A DNA stretch of 24,000 nt from Acidimicrobiia bacterium (GCA_029934555.1 JAOZMA010000001.1:2259-26258), one strand, 5' to 3'; positions 6,185-14,796 are shown, counted from the stretch's first letter. Numbers and translations are program-made. The notes: generated from the sequence alone by a model not told the origin.

Positions 6185-8975
6185 GTCATCTCCGGAGGGC
6201 GCACGCCCAGTATCAATCGCGGCCGTGATCATCGCTCGACGCGATGCCGATCTGCCAGCGACCATCGAATCGGTCCGTCGCCAAGTGTACGAAACACAGC
6301 GGATCATCGTGGTCGGTGGTGACAAGGACGCGCGCCGGGTCGCTTCTGACAACGGTGTCGAGTGGATAACGAGTGTCGCCGGCGTGATAGAGACCTGTGG
6401 CGACGTCACCCATATGTGGTTCGTCCTGGACGGAGTACGCGCTCGGCCGGACGCTCTCGGTGCGCTGGTTCGTGGCCAGGCACGCCTTGATGCCTCGGTG
6501 GCCGGATCAAAGATCCTCGATGAAAAGAACCCCGACCGGTTGCTCTCTGTCGGATACGCGACCGACGTATTCGAGACGCCGTACACGGGATTCGACGAGG
6601 ATGAACTCGACCAAGGTCAGTACGACGTTGTTCGCGATGTTGCTGCCGTCGGTGGGCAGTCGACACTCATGCGAATGGACCTTGCCCGGGGCCTCGGCGG
6701 TCCGGACACTGCGATGGCGCCGGTTGCGGCAGCCGTCGACTTCTGCCAGAGAGCACGTCTCCGGGGCGCACGCGTCGTGGCGATTCCCTCATCAGAGGTG
6801 CTGGCCCACAACGACCATGACGAACTCGATCGATGGAGTGAGCGCGCCGGACGCATCCGGGCCATGATCAAGGTCTACGGGCCACTGACGCTGTTCTGGG
6901 CACTCCCGATGGCCTTTCTCTCCGGTTTCGCTCAGTCCTTCCTGTCGCTCTTCCTGGGACGTTGGCGGTTCTTCGAGTGGATCCGGGCGTGGCTGTGGAA
7001 CCTGGTGAAACTGCCGAACACGCTCCATGAGCGTCACGCCGCGCGAAAGGGGCGAGTCGTCGGTGACGCCGAGCTCTTCAGATATCAGATCAGCGGTTCC
7101 GTCGCCCTCAAATCCGTTGTAACGGAGTTGTCAGATCGGATCCGACGGAGGCTCCCGGGAGAAGACCAGTTCTCGGTCGAGGCAGTCGGCGAAGAGCTCA
7201 GACGGCCATCGTTCATCGTTGGAGCGGTCGCGCTGCTGTTCGTTCTTCTCGCTACCCGAAGCATCTGGTCCGTTGGTTTGCCGGCGATCGGGTTCAGCCT
7301 GCCGTTCCCGGATTCGGGGCCCGGAGCCATTTCGGCGTATGCCGGGGGTTGGAACCCGGCGGGTCTTGGATCCGTAGAACCGCTCCGACCGTTCATCGCC
7401 CTCGCGGGTCTGATCCAAACCATCCTCTTCGACAATCGACGTCTCGCCGAGTACATCTTGACCGTAGGGTCGTGGCTCGTCGGGATATGGGGCGTCGTCC
7501 GCCTGCTGCGCACCTGGAGCATCCGTGCGGTCGCCGGGACCCTCGCGGGGATCGTGTACGTCGCCGGCCCCGCCGCACAGGCAGTGGCCCAAGAGACGGC
7601 GGTTGGGGTCGCCATCGTCATCGGACTGATCCCCTGGTCCATGCGATTTGCTCTCGCTCCTTTCCCGGCCTCGTGGGGTGCGAGAGTCGGACGAATCACG
7701 GCCGTCGCGATCCTCGCCGGCCTCGCTGCGATGCTCGCACCGCTCACGCTCGCGATCCCGGTAGCCGCTTTGCTCATATGGGCCCTCCTCAACTTCACCG
7801 ACGGCACCTTGTGGCGAGCGTTCGGTATCTCGCTTGGGGGAGCTGTCCTCGCTGTTCCACTGCTCTTTCCCTGGCTGGGAACCGCAGATCTGTATCGCTT
7901 CGTCACCGACGGCGAGGCCTACTGGTCGCTTCCGATCGTCACCGCCGTCATCGTTGTGATCGCCGCGGCGGCCGTGCTCGTGGCAGCGCCGCCCCGGCTC
8001 GCCCTGATCGCCGCTTGGGGCGCCGTGCTGGCTGCGGTGGGGACGTTCCTTGCCCGATCCGCAGGATTCGGCTCGGGCAGAGAGATCGAGGCCGCAGGGA
8101 TCGCGGTCGTCTCGCTGGGGGTGGGACTCATCGTCGGTCCGTCCTTCGAAGCGATCACGCGTGTTCGTGAAGTAGGCGGGTGGCGGCGCATCGTTAGTGG
8201 AATCGCGGTCGCGGCATCGGTCTTCCTCGTTGCGACCGCCGTCGTCACGGTTCTTGGTGGTCGCGCCGGCTATCCGAGCGATGAATACCGGGAAGCATTC
8301 ACCTTTTCGGCTGCACGGCCGGGTGATCCGACGGCATCGAGGATCCTCGTCCTCGGAGCACCAGGCAATCTTCCCGGTGATGACAGGACCGTCGGCGGAG
8401 CGGCGTATCGTCTTGTTTCTGCGCCGATGCCGGAGTCGTGGGAGACGCACTTGCACACGGCGAGAATCGGCGATGATGCGCTCTCCGACACGCTGGAATC
8501 GATCATCGATGGAGAGACGAAACGCGCTGGTGAGCTGCTTGCTCCGTTCGGCGTTCGGTGGATCGTCATCCTCGGCGAGACCGAGATGGACCCGTTCGCC
8601 GAAGCGTGGAGGACCATCTTCATAGGTCAACTCGACCTGGTGCCCCTCGGTGGGGGACTCGCCAACACAACGTTCGAGAACGAAGCCGAGAACGCTGTTC
8701 GCGCTGTCAGCGCCGAGGGCACGCCGTGGACGCGTGCCGGAACCGGTTATCAGGGGACACGGGAATTCGGGATCGGCCTCGAAGTGAGAGAGAACGCAAA
8801 CGATCGTTGGGGCCCGGGTGACTGGGAGCAGATTGGATGGGCGAACGGGGTAACGGCGGCAACCGGCACGGTTGGATTCGAACCTATCAACAGTCGTCAA
8901 TCGCAAGCCATCGCCGCCGCCGTGTGGCTCGTCGCCCTCACCGGCGTCGCATGGGGCGGGAGGAGATTCGGATGA
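6171..8975 (+). CDS. Large membrane glycosyltransferase: N-terminal GT2-like domain + polytopic membrane region + C-terminal soluble domain
   Basis: 934-aa ORF. The N-terminal ~230 aa has a GT2-like layout (VSIAAVIIARRDAD...TIESVRRQ...WFVLDG). Many hydrophobic helices follow between roughly aa 240-700, then a soluble C-terminal region. The start is uncertain (ATG 6171 or 6183). Either start overlaps the divergent cofD start codon. Confidence 0.8.
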   Translation: MVSFMSSPEGARPVSIAAVIIARRDADLPATIESVRRQVYETQRIIVVGGDKDARRVASDNGVEWITSVAGVIETCGDVTHMWFVLDGVRARPDALGALVRGQARLDASVAGSKILDEKNPDRLLSVGYATDVFETPYTGFDEDELDQGQYDVVRDVAAVGGQSTLMRMDLARGLGGPDTAMAPVAAAVDFCQRARLRGARVVAIPSSEVLAHNDHDELDRWSERAGRIRAMIKVYGPLTLFWALPMAFLSGFAQSFLSLFLGRWRFFEWIRAWLWNLVKLPNTLHERHAARKGRVVGDAELFRYQISGSVALKSVVTELSDRIRRRLPGEDQFSVEAVGEELRRPSFIVGAVALLFVLLATRSIWSVGLPAIGFSLPFPDSGPGAISAYAGGWNPAGLGSVEPLRPFIALAGLIQTILFDNRRLAEYILTVGSWLVGIWGVVRLLRTWSIRAVAGTLAGIVYVAGPAAQAVAQETAVGVAIVIGLIPWSMRFALAPFPASWGARVGRITAVAILAGLAAMLAPLTLAIPVAALLIWALLNFTDGTLWRAFGISLGGAVLAVPLLFPWLGTADLYRFVTDGEAYWSLPIVTAVIVVIAAAAVLVAAPPRLALIAAWGAVLAAVGTFLARSAGFGSGREIEAAGIAVVSLGVGLIVGPSFEAITRVREVGGWRRIVSGIAVAASVFLVATAVVTVLGGRAGYPSDEYREAFTFSAARPGDPTASRILVLGAPGNLPGDDRTVGGAAYRLVSAPMPESWETHLHTARIGDDALSDTLESIIDGETKRAGELLAPFGVRWIVILGETEMDPFAEAWRTIFIGQLDLVPLGGGLANTTFENEAENAVRAVSAEGTPWTRAGTGYQGTREFGIGLEVRENANDRWGPGDWEQIGWANGVTAATGTVGFEPINSRQSQAIAAAVWLVALTGVAWGGRRFG

Positions 8976-10450
8976 GACTGGTCATCGCAGCCATCGTCGT
9001 GGCCGCCGTGGGAGCATTCGCGCTTGTACAGACTGAACCCGTTGCGGAGCGCCCGCCAGATTTCGGTGTGCCACCCGCCGAGACGGTCGGTGCGAGTGGC
9101 GACCCGAGCGCCTGGTACTGCCCGTGGGTTGTCTCCGGCGCTCTACGGGATTCGACGTTCAATCTGGGATCGATGATGGATGTCAACGCCACGATCACAC
9201 TCCCGAACCCGAATCCAACTGAAGATCCGAGCATCAACGAGACACGGCTCCGGGGACCGGGGGCCAGGAGCATCGATGCCGGCGACATCGTCCGCAGAGG
9301 TACGGCGCCCGGTGTCGTGGAGTTCGATGACGGGCCAGCAGTCGCGACGACGGTGATGTGGTCAGAAGAGATCTTGACCGGCGACAGGTGCGTCGCTTCG
9401 GTCCCGAAGGAGTGGCACCTCGTCGGTGGCATCACGGCTGAGGGTTTCACCCTTGAGCTCCAGCTGTTCAATCCGTTCGCAGAGAGTGCCAAGGTCACCA
9501 TCGAGGCGATCACTGAGTTCGGCAGGTCGCCGTTGGCAGGGTTCGAGAGCTTCGATGTCCCCGGAAGGTCGTGGGTCACGGAGGATCTCTCCCGCGTCAT
9601 CCCATTCCTCGACATGGCCACGTTCACCGTGACATCCGAGAGCGGGATCGTCATTCCCAGCCTCATCCTCAACAATGAGAACGACGAGGCATCCTGGCCG
9701 GGAACCGGGCAATCAACGATCTGGGACTTCCCTGTGACAAGTCTCCCCGGGTTGGAACCGACACTTGTGATCTCGAACACCGGCAGCGTCGGGGCCACGG
9801 TTGCGATCGACCTCTTCACACCCGACGGCCCGATTCTCGACGCCGACGGCAGGATCGTGGCGCCGCTCGAACCGTTGCGAATCCACCTGGCAGATCTGGC
9901 GGAGCCGCCCTTCGCCGTGCGTGTGCGATCGAACGCTCCGATCGGGGCGATCATCCAGGCGGCACCGGAGGGCACGTTCCCGAGAACCGACATCCTGCCG
10001 CCGGAGGAAGAGGTTGGCGACGAGTCCACGGACGAAGATGCGCCAGACGATGAAGCGACGGACGAAGACACTGCCGATACGACCGGGGATGAGGAATCCG
10101 AAGAGCCGGTCGTCTATGACGGACTGGCAGCGATGCCGGGGAACACGGATCCGCTCGAACGCTGGCTGGTCCCCGGCCTTGGAGTCGTGCCGGGTGCGGA
10201 GACTTCGATCTGGATACTCAACCCATCCGATGAGAGGGCGACCGTGACCGTGAGTCCCCTCGGTGTCTCTGCCGTCAGTTCCGAGAAGATCGTGATCCCC
10301 GCAGGTCGGTACGTGGAGATCCCCATGCCTTCTCTCTCCGAGTCGGGAAACTCAGGGATGCTCATCGATGCGAGCCTGCCGGTCTCCGTCGCTGTGTCGA
10401 TCGCCGGACCTCAGGGTGTGGCGTTCATCGGCGGTGTCGGAGTCGGATGA
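8972..10450 (+). CDS. Exported/anchored protein of unknown function, DUF5719-like by position and architecture
   Basis: ATG 8972 (M46 of the track ORF) is preceded by GGAGGAG and overlaps the upstream stop as ATGA. N-terminal signal/anchor MRLVIAAIVVAAVGAFALV. Acidic low-complexity insert EEEVGDESTDEDAPDDEATDEDTADTTGDEESEE. The family name is from memory and unverified. Confidence 0.75.
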   Translation: MRLVIAAIVVAAVGAFALVQTEPVAERPPDFGVPPAETVGASGDPSAWYCPWVVSGALRDSTFNLGSMMDVNATITLPNPNPTEDPSINETRLRGPGARSIDAGDIVRRGTAPGVVEFDDGPAVATTVMWSEEILTGDRCVASVPKEWHLVGGITAEGFTLELQLFNPFAESAKVTIEAITEFGRSPLAGFESFDVPGRSWVTEDLSRVIPFLDMATFTVTSESGIVIPSLILNNENDEASWPGTGQSTIWDFPVTSLPGLEPTLVISNTGSVGATVAIDLFTPDGPILDADGRIVAPLEPLRIHLADLAEPPFAVRVRSNAPIGAIIQAAPEGTFPRTDILPPEEEVGDESTDEDAPDDEATDEDTADTTGDEESEEPVVYDGLAAMPGNTDPLERWLVPGLGVVPGAETSIWILNPSDERATVTVSPLGVSAVSSEKIVIPAGRYVEIPMPSLSESGNSGMLIDASLPVSVAVSIAGPQGVAFIGGVGVG

Positions 10451-10464
10451 CCACCCCGAAATGC

Positions 10465-10493
10465 TTGGTCCGTGTCCTTCCGAGCCCTAAATT
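10465..10493 (+). promoter_or_regulatory. Candidate promoter for the DUF3499 gene (-35 TTGGTC, 17-nt spacer, -10 TAAATT)
   Basis: TTGGTC at 10465-10470 and TAAATT at 10488-10493. The ATG at 10503 is only 9 nt downstream, so the leader would be very short or absent. Pattern match only. Confidence 0.3.
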
Positions 10494-10502
10494 TACGCGG
10501 CC

Positions 10503-10718
10503 ATGACCTGCGTACGCTGCTCCTCAAACTCCACCTCGTGCCTCACCTACGCATACGATCGTCGTGAGGCGTGGTTGGTCGACAGCGAGGGTTCTGTCCT
10601 ACCCGGTACTCGATACCCGCTCTGCACGACCCACGCCGATCGAGTGACGCCACCACTCGGGTGGATTCTCCACGATCGCAGATCCCAGCCGACATTGTTC
10701 GCTCCGGGTCCGGCGTAG
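10503..10718 (+). CDS. DUF3499-family small protein
   Basis: 71 aa with N-terminal Cys cluster CVRCSSNSTSC. The segment YPLCTTHADRVTPPLGWILHDRR matches the DUF3499 pattern (LC..HA...P.GW..D.R) as I recall it. It sits in the conserved position next to the GT/DUF5719 pair. Confidence 0.7.
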   Translation: MTCVRCSSNSTSCLTYAYDRREAWLVDSEGSVLPGTRYPLCTTHADRVTPPLGWILHDRRSQPTLFAPGPA

Positions 10719-10726
10719 GCCGCGGG

Positions 10727-11008
10727 GTGTCGATCGACAGGGACGTTCTCGAGGCCGTGAGAGAGATGGACGAGCATGAACTGCGTCGGCTCTACATCCT
10801 CGTCAAGGCTCGCCTCGAAGGGCGCGGTGTTGATCTGCCGGGATCGGGCCCCGAGGTCAAGCTGCGGAAACAGATGGTGAGATGCGGGAAAGAGAGCTGC
10901 ACCCGCTGTCCCCACGGCCCCTACTGGTACGCCTACTGGAACGAAGACGGAAAGCGTCGATCCCGCTACCTAGGGAAGATGGAAGACCTACCGGAAGCGA
11001 TTGGCTGA
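10727..11008 (+). CDS. Small zinc-ribbon protein (helical N-terminus + CGKESCTRCPHGPYWYAYW...GKRRSRYLGK), DUF6788-like
   Basis: This is the downstream part of track ORF 10571..11008; the earlier part overlaps the DUF3499 gene. In-frame start candidates are GTG 10727, GTG 10757 (GAGG 2 nt upstream) and ATG 10766. The C..C..C-HGPYWY-W-GK-Y.G block is a motif I recall from DUF6788-type proteins (unverified). Confidence 0.5.
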   Translation: MSIDRDVLEAVREMDEHELRRLYILVKARLEGRGVDLPGSGPEVKLRKQMVRCGKESCTRCPHGPYWYAYWNEDGKRRSRYLGKMEDLPEAIG

Positions 11009-11100
11009 AGTCGCCAGTCGCCATCTACCAGCAAGAACCCGAAGCCTGGTCGGATACCGACGATCGAGTACGGAGTACGGAGTACGGAATACTGGCTACT
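11009..11100. repeat. Heptamer-periodic intergenic tract: AGTCGCC x2 (11009-11022) ... GAGTACG x3, GAATACT, GGCTACT (11066-11100)
   Basis: Read directly. The first unit starts 1 nt after the TGA at 11006-11008. AGTCGCCAGTC also occurs in the 4440-4460 array. A small hairpin GTCGG-ATA-CCGAC lies between the two blocks. Confidence 0.75.
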
Positions 11101-11123
11101 CTTCCCCTCATGGAAGGTAGAAC

Positions 11124-11309
11124 ATGAGTGACGGGCTTCGTTGCAGCACATGCGGTCAGAACACGGTGATCGAGATCGAGCTCAAGCTTCCGGATGGATC
11201 CGAAGTGGTGTTCTGTTCGTGTCACCGGTGCGAATCGAAGTGGTGGGATCGTGACGGCGAGCAGCTTGACCTGGACGCACTCGTCGATGTGGCACGCCGC
11301 GAACTGTAG
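11124..11309 (+). CDS. Small zinc-ribbon protein, unknown function
   Basis: 61 aa. ATG preceded by GGAAGG with a 6-nt spacer. Cys pattern CSTC...CSCHRC. Codon usage is like its neighbours. Confidence 0.55.
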   Translation: MSDGLRCSTCGQNTVIEIELKLPDGSEVVFCSCHRCESKWWDRDGEQLDLDALVDVARREL

Positions 11310-11348
11310 GTCCCGACAGACCGCCACACCGTCACTAGCCTTTCGGCC

Positions 11349-13547
11349 GTGACCACTCCGCCCGCACCCGTCGTTATGGAGCCTGCTCTCGAACCTTCTG
11401 AGGCCGAGGGAACGGGCGCCGTACCGACCTGGTTGATCATCCTCCTCGTTGCGGCACCGACAGTGCTCATCCTGCTCATCATGTCGGGGATACTCGGAGT
11501 TATCGGGTCCGGATCACTGATTCGGTTCCCACAGATCCTCGTCGCCAACACCCCGACCGGCGGTGACATGGGTGCGCACGTGCTCCTGCCACAGGTTCTG
11601 AAGGACGTGCTCCTGCCATCCGGCCGGCTCTTCGGATGGTCCGACACCTGGTATGCGGGGTTCCCCGCCCTCTACTTCTACTTCCCGATTCCGGCACTCG
11701 TAACTGTCGTCCTCGACGTGTTCCTCCCATACGGTGTCGCGTTCAAGCTCGTGACGATCGTCGGGTTGGTGGCACTACCGGCAGCGACCTACGCGTTCCT
11801 GCGTCTCCTCGCCTTCTCGCGCCCGGTGGCGGCGATCGCTGCGCTGACCGGGTCGATGTTCGTGTTCATGGAGAGCTTCTCCATCTTCGGCGCCAACATC
11901 AAATCGACGCTGGCCGGGGAATTCTCCTTCTCGTGGTCCTTCGCTCTATCGATCATCTATCTGGGAATCGTTACTCGTGATACCCGTGTCGGGAGTCGGT
12001 TTGGCCCATGGGCCGGGATCATTCTCGCGTTGACGGCGATGACGCACATCGTCACGACGATGATCGTGGTCGTTGTCTCGGTGTCGCTCTTGTTCAGAAG
12101 GAACGGGCCGAGAACGGTGATCTCATCGTGGGTCGTTGGCTTCGCGATCACAGCGTTCTGGACCCTGCCGCTCGGTATCCGGGTGTTCCAGGGCATGACA
12201 ACCGACATGGGATGGGCGCCCGTCACCAACATCGTCGGCGATACGAACCCGGGTTCCCCGTTCCCGGGTGAGTTCATTCCCATCCTCGTACTTGGACTCA
12301 TCGGGATGGTATGGACGATGCTGCGGCGTGACGACGTGATGGTGCTGACGTGGCTCACGCTGCTGCCACTCGCGGGCTACTTCATCCTTCCGAAGATCGG
12401 CATCACCGCCTTGTACAACGCCCGACTTCTTCCGTACTGGTACTTCGGCATGTACGTGTTCGCGGGAATCGCACTCGGGTTGGCGGTCCTCGAGATCTCC
12501 CGGCGTGTTCCTCTGCGGCGAACCGTGCTCATCGGCGCCTCGTTGGGCGTAGGGTTCGTCGTCCTCACCGCAACCATGCTCTCGGTCCACGACGTGCCCG
12601 GCTGGGTCAAGTGGAACTTCGAGGGATACGAGGGGAAGGCCGACTACCACGAGTACCAGGCACTGATGGAGACGGTGGACGTCCTGCCGCCGGGCCGGAT
12701 CATGTGGGAAGCGAACTCCGAGATGAACAAGTATGGGACGCCGATGGCGCTGATGCTCTTCCCATATTGGAGTGAGGGCCACCCGTCCATGGAGGGGTTG
12801 TTCTTCGAGTCATCGCTCACCACACCGTTCCACTTCTTGAACGCGTCCGAAGTCAGCGAACGACCATCGAATCCCGTGCGCGGACTCGACTATCGCGGGT
12901 TCAACATGGAGCGAGGGATCACTCATCTCGCTGTGTACAACGTCGACTACTACGTGAGTTTCACCGAGAAGGGCGCGTCAGAAGCCCGGATGGCAGGTCT
13001 CGTCGAAGTAGGCGTCGCACCGCCCTGGACGGTCTTCGCTCTCCCCGACTCCGATCTCGTGGACGTTGCAACCATGCGGCCGGCCGTTTGGGACGGCGGG
13101 GGCGACTTCCTCGATCCGTCGCTCGAGTGGTACGACGATGTCGATCACCTGGACAACTGGCTTGTTGAGACCGGACCGGAGGAGTGGCTTCGAATCGACT
13201 CCGTCGAGGATCGTCTGAAGACGGTGATGCCGTACGCCGGGTCGGGCGTCGTAACCGACATCGTGCAAGAGAACGGTCGGATCTCGTTTACGACGACAGC
13301 CGTCGGCGTTCCGCACCTCGTCAAAGAGTCCTACTTCCCGAACTGGAAGGCGGACGGCGCCGAAGGACCGTATCGCGCCGCGCCGTCGCTGATGGTGGTC
13401 GTTCCGACGGACGAACACGTCGTGCTTGAGTTCACGAACACGTCTGCCGAGAACTTGGGTATGACCCTCACGCTGATCGCTCTCGCAGGACTGGCGGCAT
13501 ACGCGTACCGTCGGCACAAGCTTCGTTCCCACAGGGTCGACGCATGA
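11349..13547 (+). CDS. Polytopic membrane protein with GT-C-like / YfhO-like architecture (putative extracytoplasmic glycosyltransferase)
   Basis: 732 aa. Many hydrophobic helices in the first ~430 aa, with an early GGDMGAH loop. A ~280-aa soluble domain follows, then a final TM anchor (LTLIALAGLAAYAY). The start is uncertain (GTG 11349 or ATG 11376). The stop overlaps the GtrA-like start as ATGA. Confidence 0.7.
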   Translation: MTTPPAPVVMEPALEPSEAEGTGAVPTWLIILLVAAPTVLILLIMSGILGVIGSGSLIRFPQILVANTPTGGDMGAHVLLPQVLKDVLLPSGRLFGWSDTWYAGFPALYFYFPIPALVTVVLDVFLPYGVAFKLVTIVGLVALPAATYAFLRLLAFSRPVAAIAALTGSMFVFMESFSIFGANIKSTLAGEFSFSWSFALSIIYLGIVTRDTRVGSRFGPWAGIILALTAMTHIVTTMIVVVVSVSLLFRRNGPRTVISSWVVGFAITAFWTLPLGIRVFQGMTTDMGWAPVTNIVGDTNPGSPFPGEFIPILVLGLIGMVWTMLRRDDVMVLTWLTLLPLAGYFILPKIGITALYNARLLPYWYFGMYVFAGIALGLAVLEISRRVPLRRTVLIGASLGVGFVVLTATMLSVHDVPGWVKWNFEGYEGKADYHEYQALMETVDVLPPGRIMWEANSEMNKYGTPMALMLFPYWSEGHPSMEGLFFESSLTTPFHFLNASEVSERPSNPVRGLDYRGFNMERGITHLAVYNVDYYVSFTEKGASEARMAGLVEVGVAPPWTVFALPDSDLVDVATMRPAVWDGGGDFLDPSLEWYDDVDHLDNWLVETGPEEWLRIDSVEDRLKTVMPYAGSGVVTDIVQENGRISFTTTAVGVPHLVKESYFPNWKADGAEGPYRAAPSLMVVVPTDEHVVLEFTNTSAENLGMTLTLIALAGLAAYAYRRHKLRSHRVDA

Positions 13548-14002
13548 AGCGCTACCTGGCCAGCTTCATGACCAAAGAGGCCTTCGAGCAGTTCGTCAAG
13601 GTCGGACTCGTTGGCATCGCCAACACGATCGTCTCGTTCGCCCTTTTCAACGTCTTCCTCTGGATGGGGTGGTGGTCGGTGATCGCCGTGAGTGTCGCAT
13701 TCGCTCTCACGACCTTCATGTCGTATCTCCTGAACCGAACCTGGACCTTCGAGATCAAAGACGGAAAGGTCTCAGGAGGAGAGACGGCGCGTTTCTACAT
13801 GGTGAACCTCGCCGCATGGGCCGGCACCGCCGGCACGATGTGGTTCGCCGAGGCGATGTTCGGGCCGTTGTCGAAGATCGCTGCGAACGGCGTGTATCTG
13901 ACCACGTCGATCGTGATCCTCCTTCCGAAGTTCGCGTCCTATCGCGACATCGTGTTCGGGAAGGCGATCAAGGAACAGGAGATCACCCCATCTGACGCGT
14001 GA
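13544..14002 (+). CDS. GtrA-family small membrane protein (putative polyprenol-phosphate-sugar translocation component)
   Basis: 152 aa with four hydrophobic helices. N-terminal FVKVGLVGIANTIVSFALFN and the NRTWTF motif are characteristic of GtrA-like proteins (PF04138). Confidence 0.8.
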   Translation: MKRYLASFMTKEAFEQFVKVGLVGIANTIVSFALFNVFLWMGWWSVIAVSVAFALTTFMSYLLNRTWTFEIKDGKVSGGETARFYMVNLAAWAGTAGTMWFAEAMFGPLSKIAANGVYLTTSIVILLPKFASYRDIVFGKAIKEQEITPSDA

Positions 14003-14020
14003 TGCGCCGGATCTCCAGGC

Positions 14021-14722
14021 CTACAGGCTTCTCCGGATCCGCCACACGCCGTTGAGCGTGCGGGGTACCCGCTTGGCAAGACTGCTCTTCGTCTCGCGTT
14101 TCTCTTCGACGACGGCGGGCACCTCGGCGATCCGGTATCCAGCACGCTCCGCCCGGACGACGAGTTCTGTGTCGAAGAGATCCTGGGTCGAGATGACTTC
14201 CGCTGCGATGTGATCGACGACCTCCCGGCGGATCGCCTTCATGCCGTGTGTATCCGAGACGCCGGATGACAGCACGAAACGCAGCACCTGGTTGAACGTC
14301 CACGTTGCGAACCGACGAGTGTTGCCGCGGCGGTCATCTGCGCCCTCCACCCGCTTCGACGCAAGGACCAGGTCGGCATCCTCACCGATCGAGATAACCG
14401 AGCGGAGGAAGTCGGCGGAGAAATAGTCGATGTCGAAATTCACGACCCACTCACCGTCGGTCGAAAGGAACCCTTCGCGCATGGCCGCCCCGTAGTCGGG
14501 GGTGGGGAGTTCGAGGAGAGAGAGGCCGGGATACCGACCGATGAGTTCACGGACTGCTTGCGCCGTGCCGTCGGTAGAGCCGTTCTCGGCGACAAGCACG
14601 GTGATGGACGCCGGGACGTCGGCGATCTCCTCGAAGAGCTCTGCGAGCGCGCCGGGAAGGTAGTCGGCCTCATTGTGAACGGGGATCACGATCGAGAGGG
14701 TTGTCGGTGCGTCGGGTGCCAT
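14021..14722 (-). CDS. GT2 glycosyltransferase, polyprenol-phosphate sugar synthase-like (GtrB/Ppm1/CsbB type, soluble form)
   Basis: Start at ATG 14722 (M33 of the track ORF). Motifs LSIVIPVHNEADYL, ENGSTDGT and FDIDYF (DxD-like). No C-terminal TM segment. Convergent with the GtrA-like gene across an 18-nt gap. Confidence 0.8.
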   Translation of the reverse strand: MAPDAPTTLSIVIPVHNEADYLPGALAELFEEIADVPASITVLVAENGSTDGTAQAVRELIGRYPGLSLLELPTPDYGAAMREGFLSTDGEWVVNFDIDYFSADFLRSVISIGEDADLVLASKRVEGADDRRGNTRRFATWTFNQVLRFVLSSGVSDTHGMKAIRREVVDHIAAEVISTQDLFDTELVVRAERAGYRIAEVPAVVEEKRETKSSLAKRVPRTLNGVWRIRRSL

Positions 14723-14782
14723 GTCGGCGGTGAGTGTAGGAAGGGATCGGAGACAGGGGCCCGGCCCATCCCGATTCGACCG

Positions 14783-14796
14783 TACAATCCCAATCA
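14783..14796 (+). promoter_or_regulatory. -10 box TACAAT placed 7 nt before the phosphomannomutase ATG; probable leaderless mRNA start
   Basis: TACAAT lies at 14783-14788 and the ATG at 14796. There is no Shine-Dalgarno sequence between them. This geometry is typical of leaderless actinobacterial transcripts. No convincing -35 element. Confidence 0.4.

Noticed and set aside
7085-10071. Long minus-strand ORFs (7085..7906, 7131..8906, 8938..10071) opposite the glycosyltransferase and DUF5719-like genes
   Set aside because: They have low-complexity Arg/Asp/Glu/Pro/Ser-rich translations and no motifs. They overlap + strand genes that show coherent domain and TM architecture and translational coupling. 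These are typical GC-rich shadow ORFs.
10003-10110. Direct DNA repeat ACGGACGAAGA x2 and an acidic repeat region
   Set aside because: It lies inside the DUF5719-like coding frame and encodes a low-complexity Asp/Glu/Thr linker (TDED...TDED). This is coding low complexity, not a separate element.
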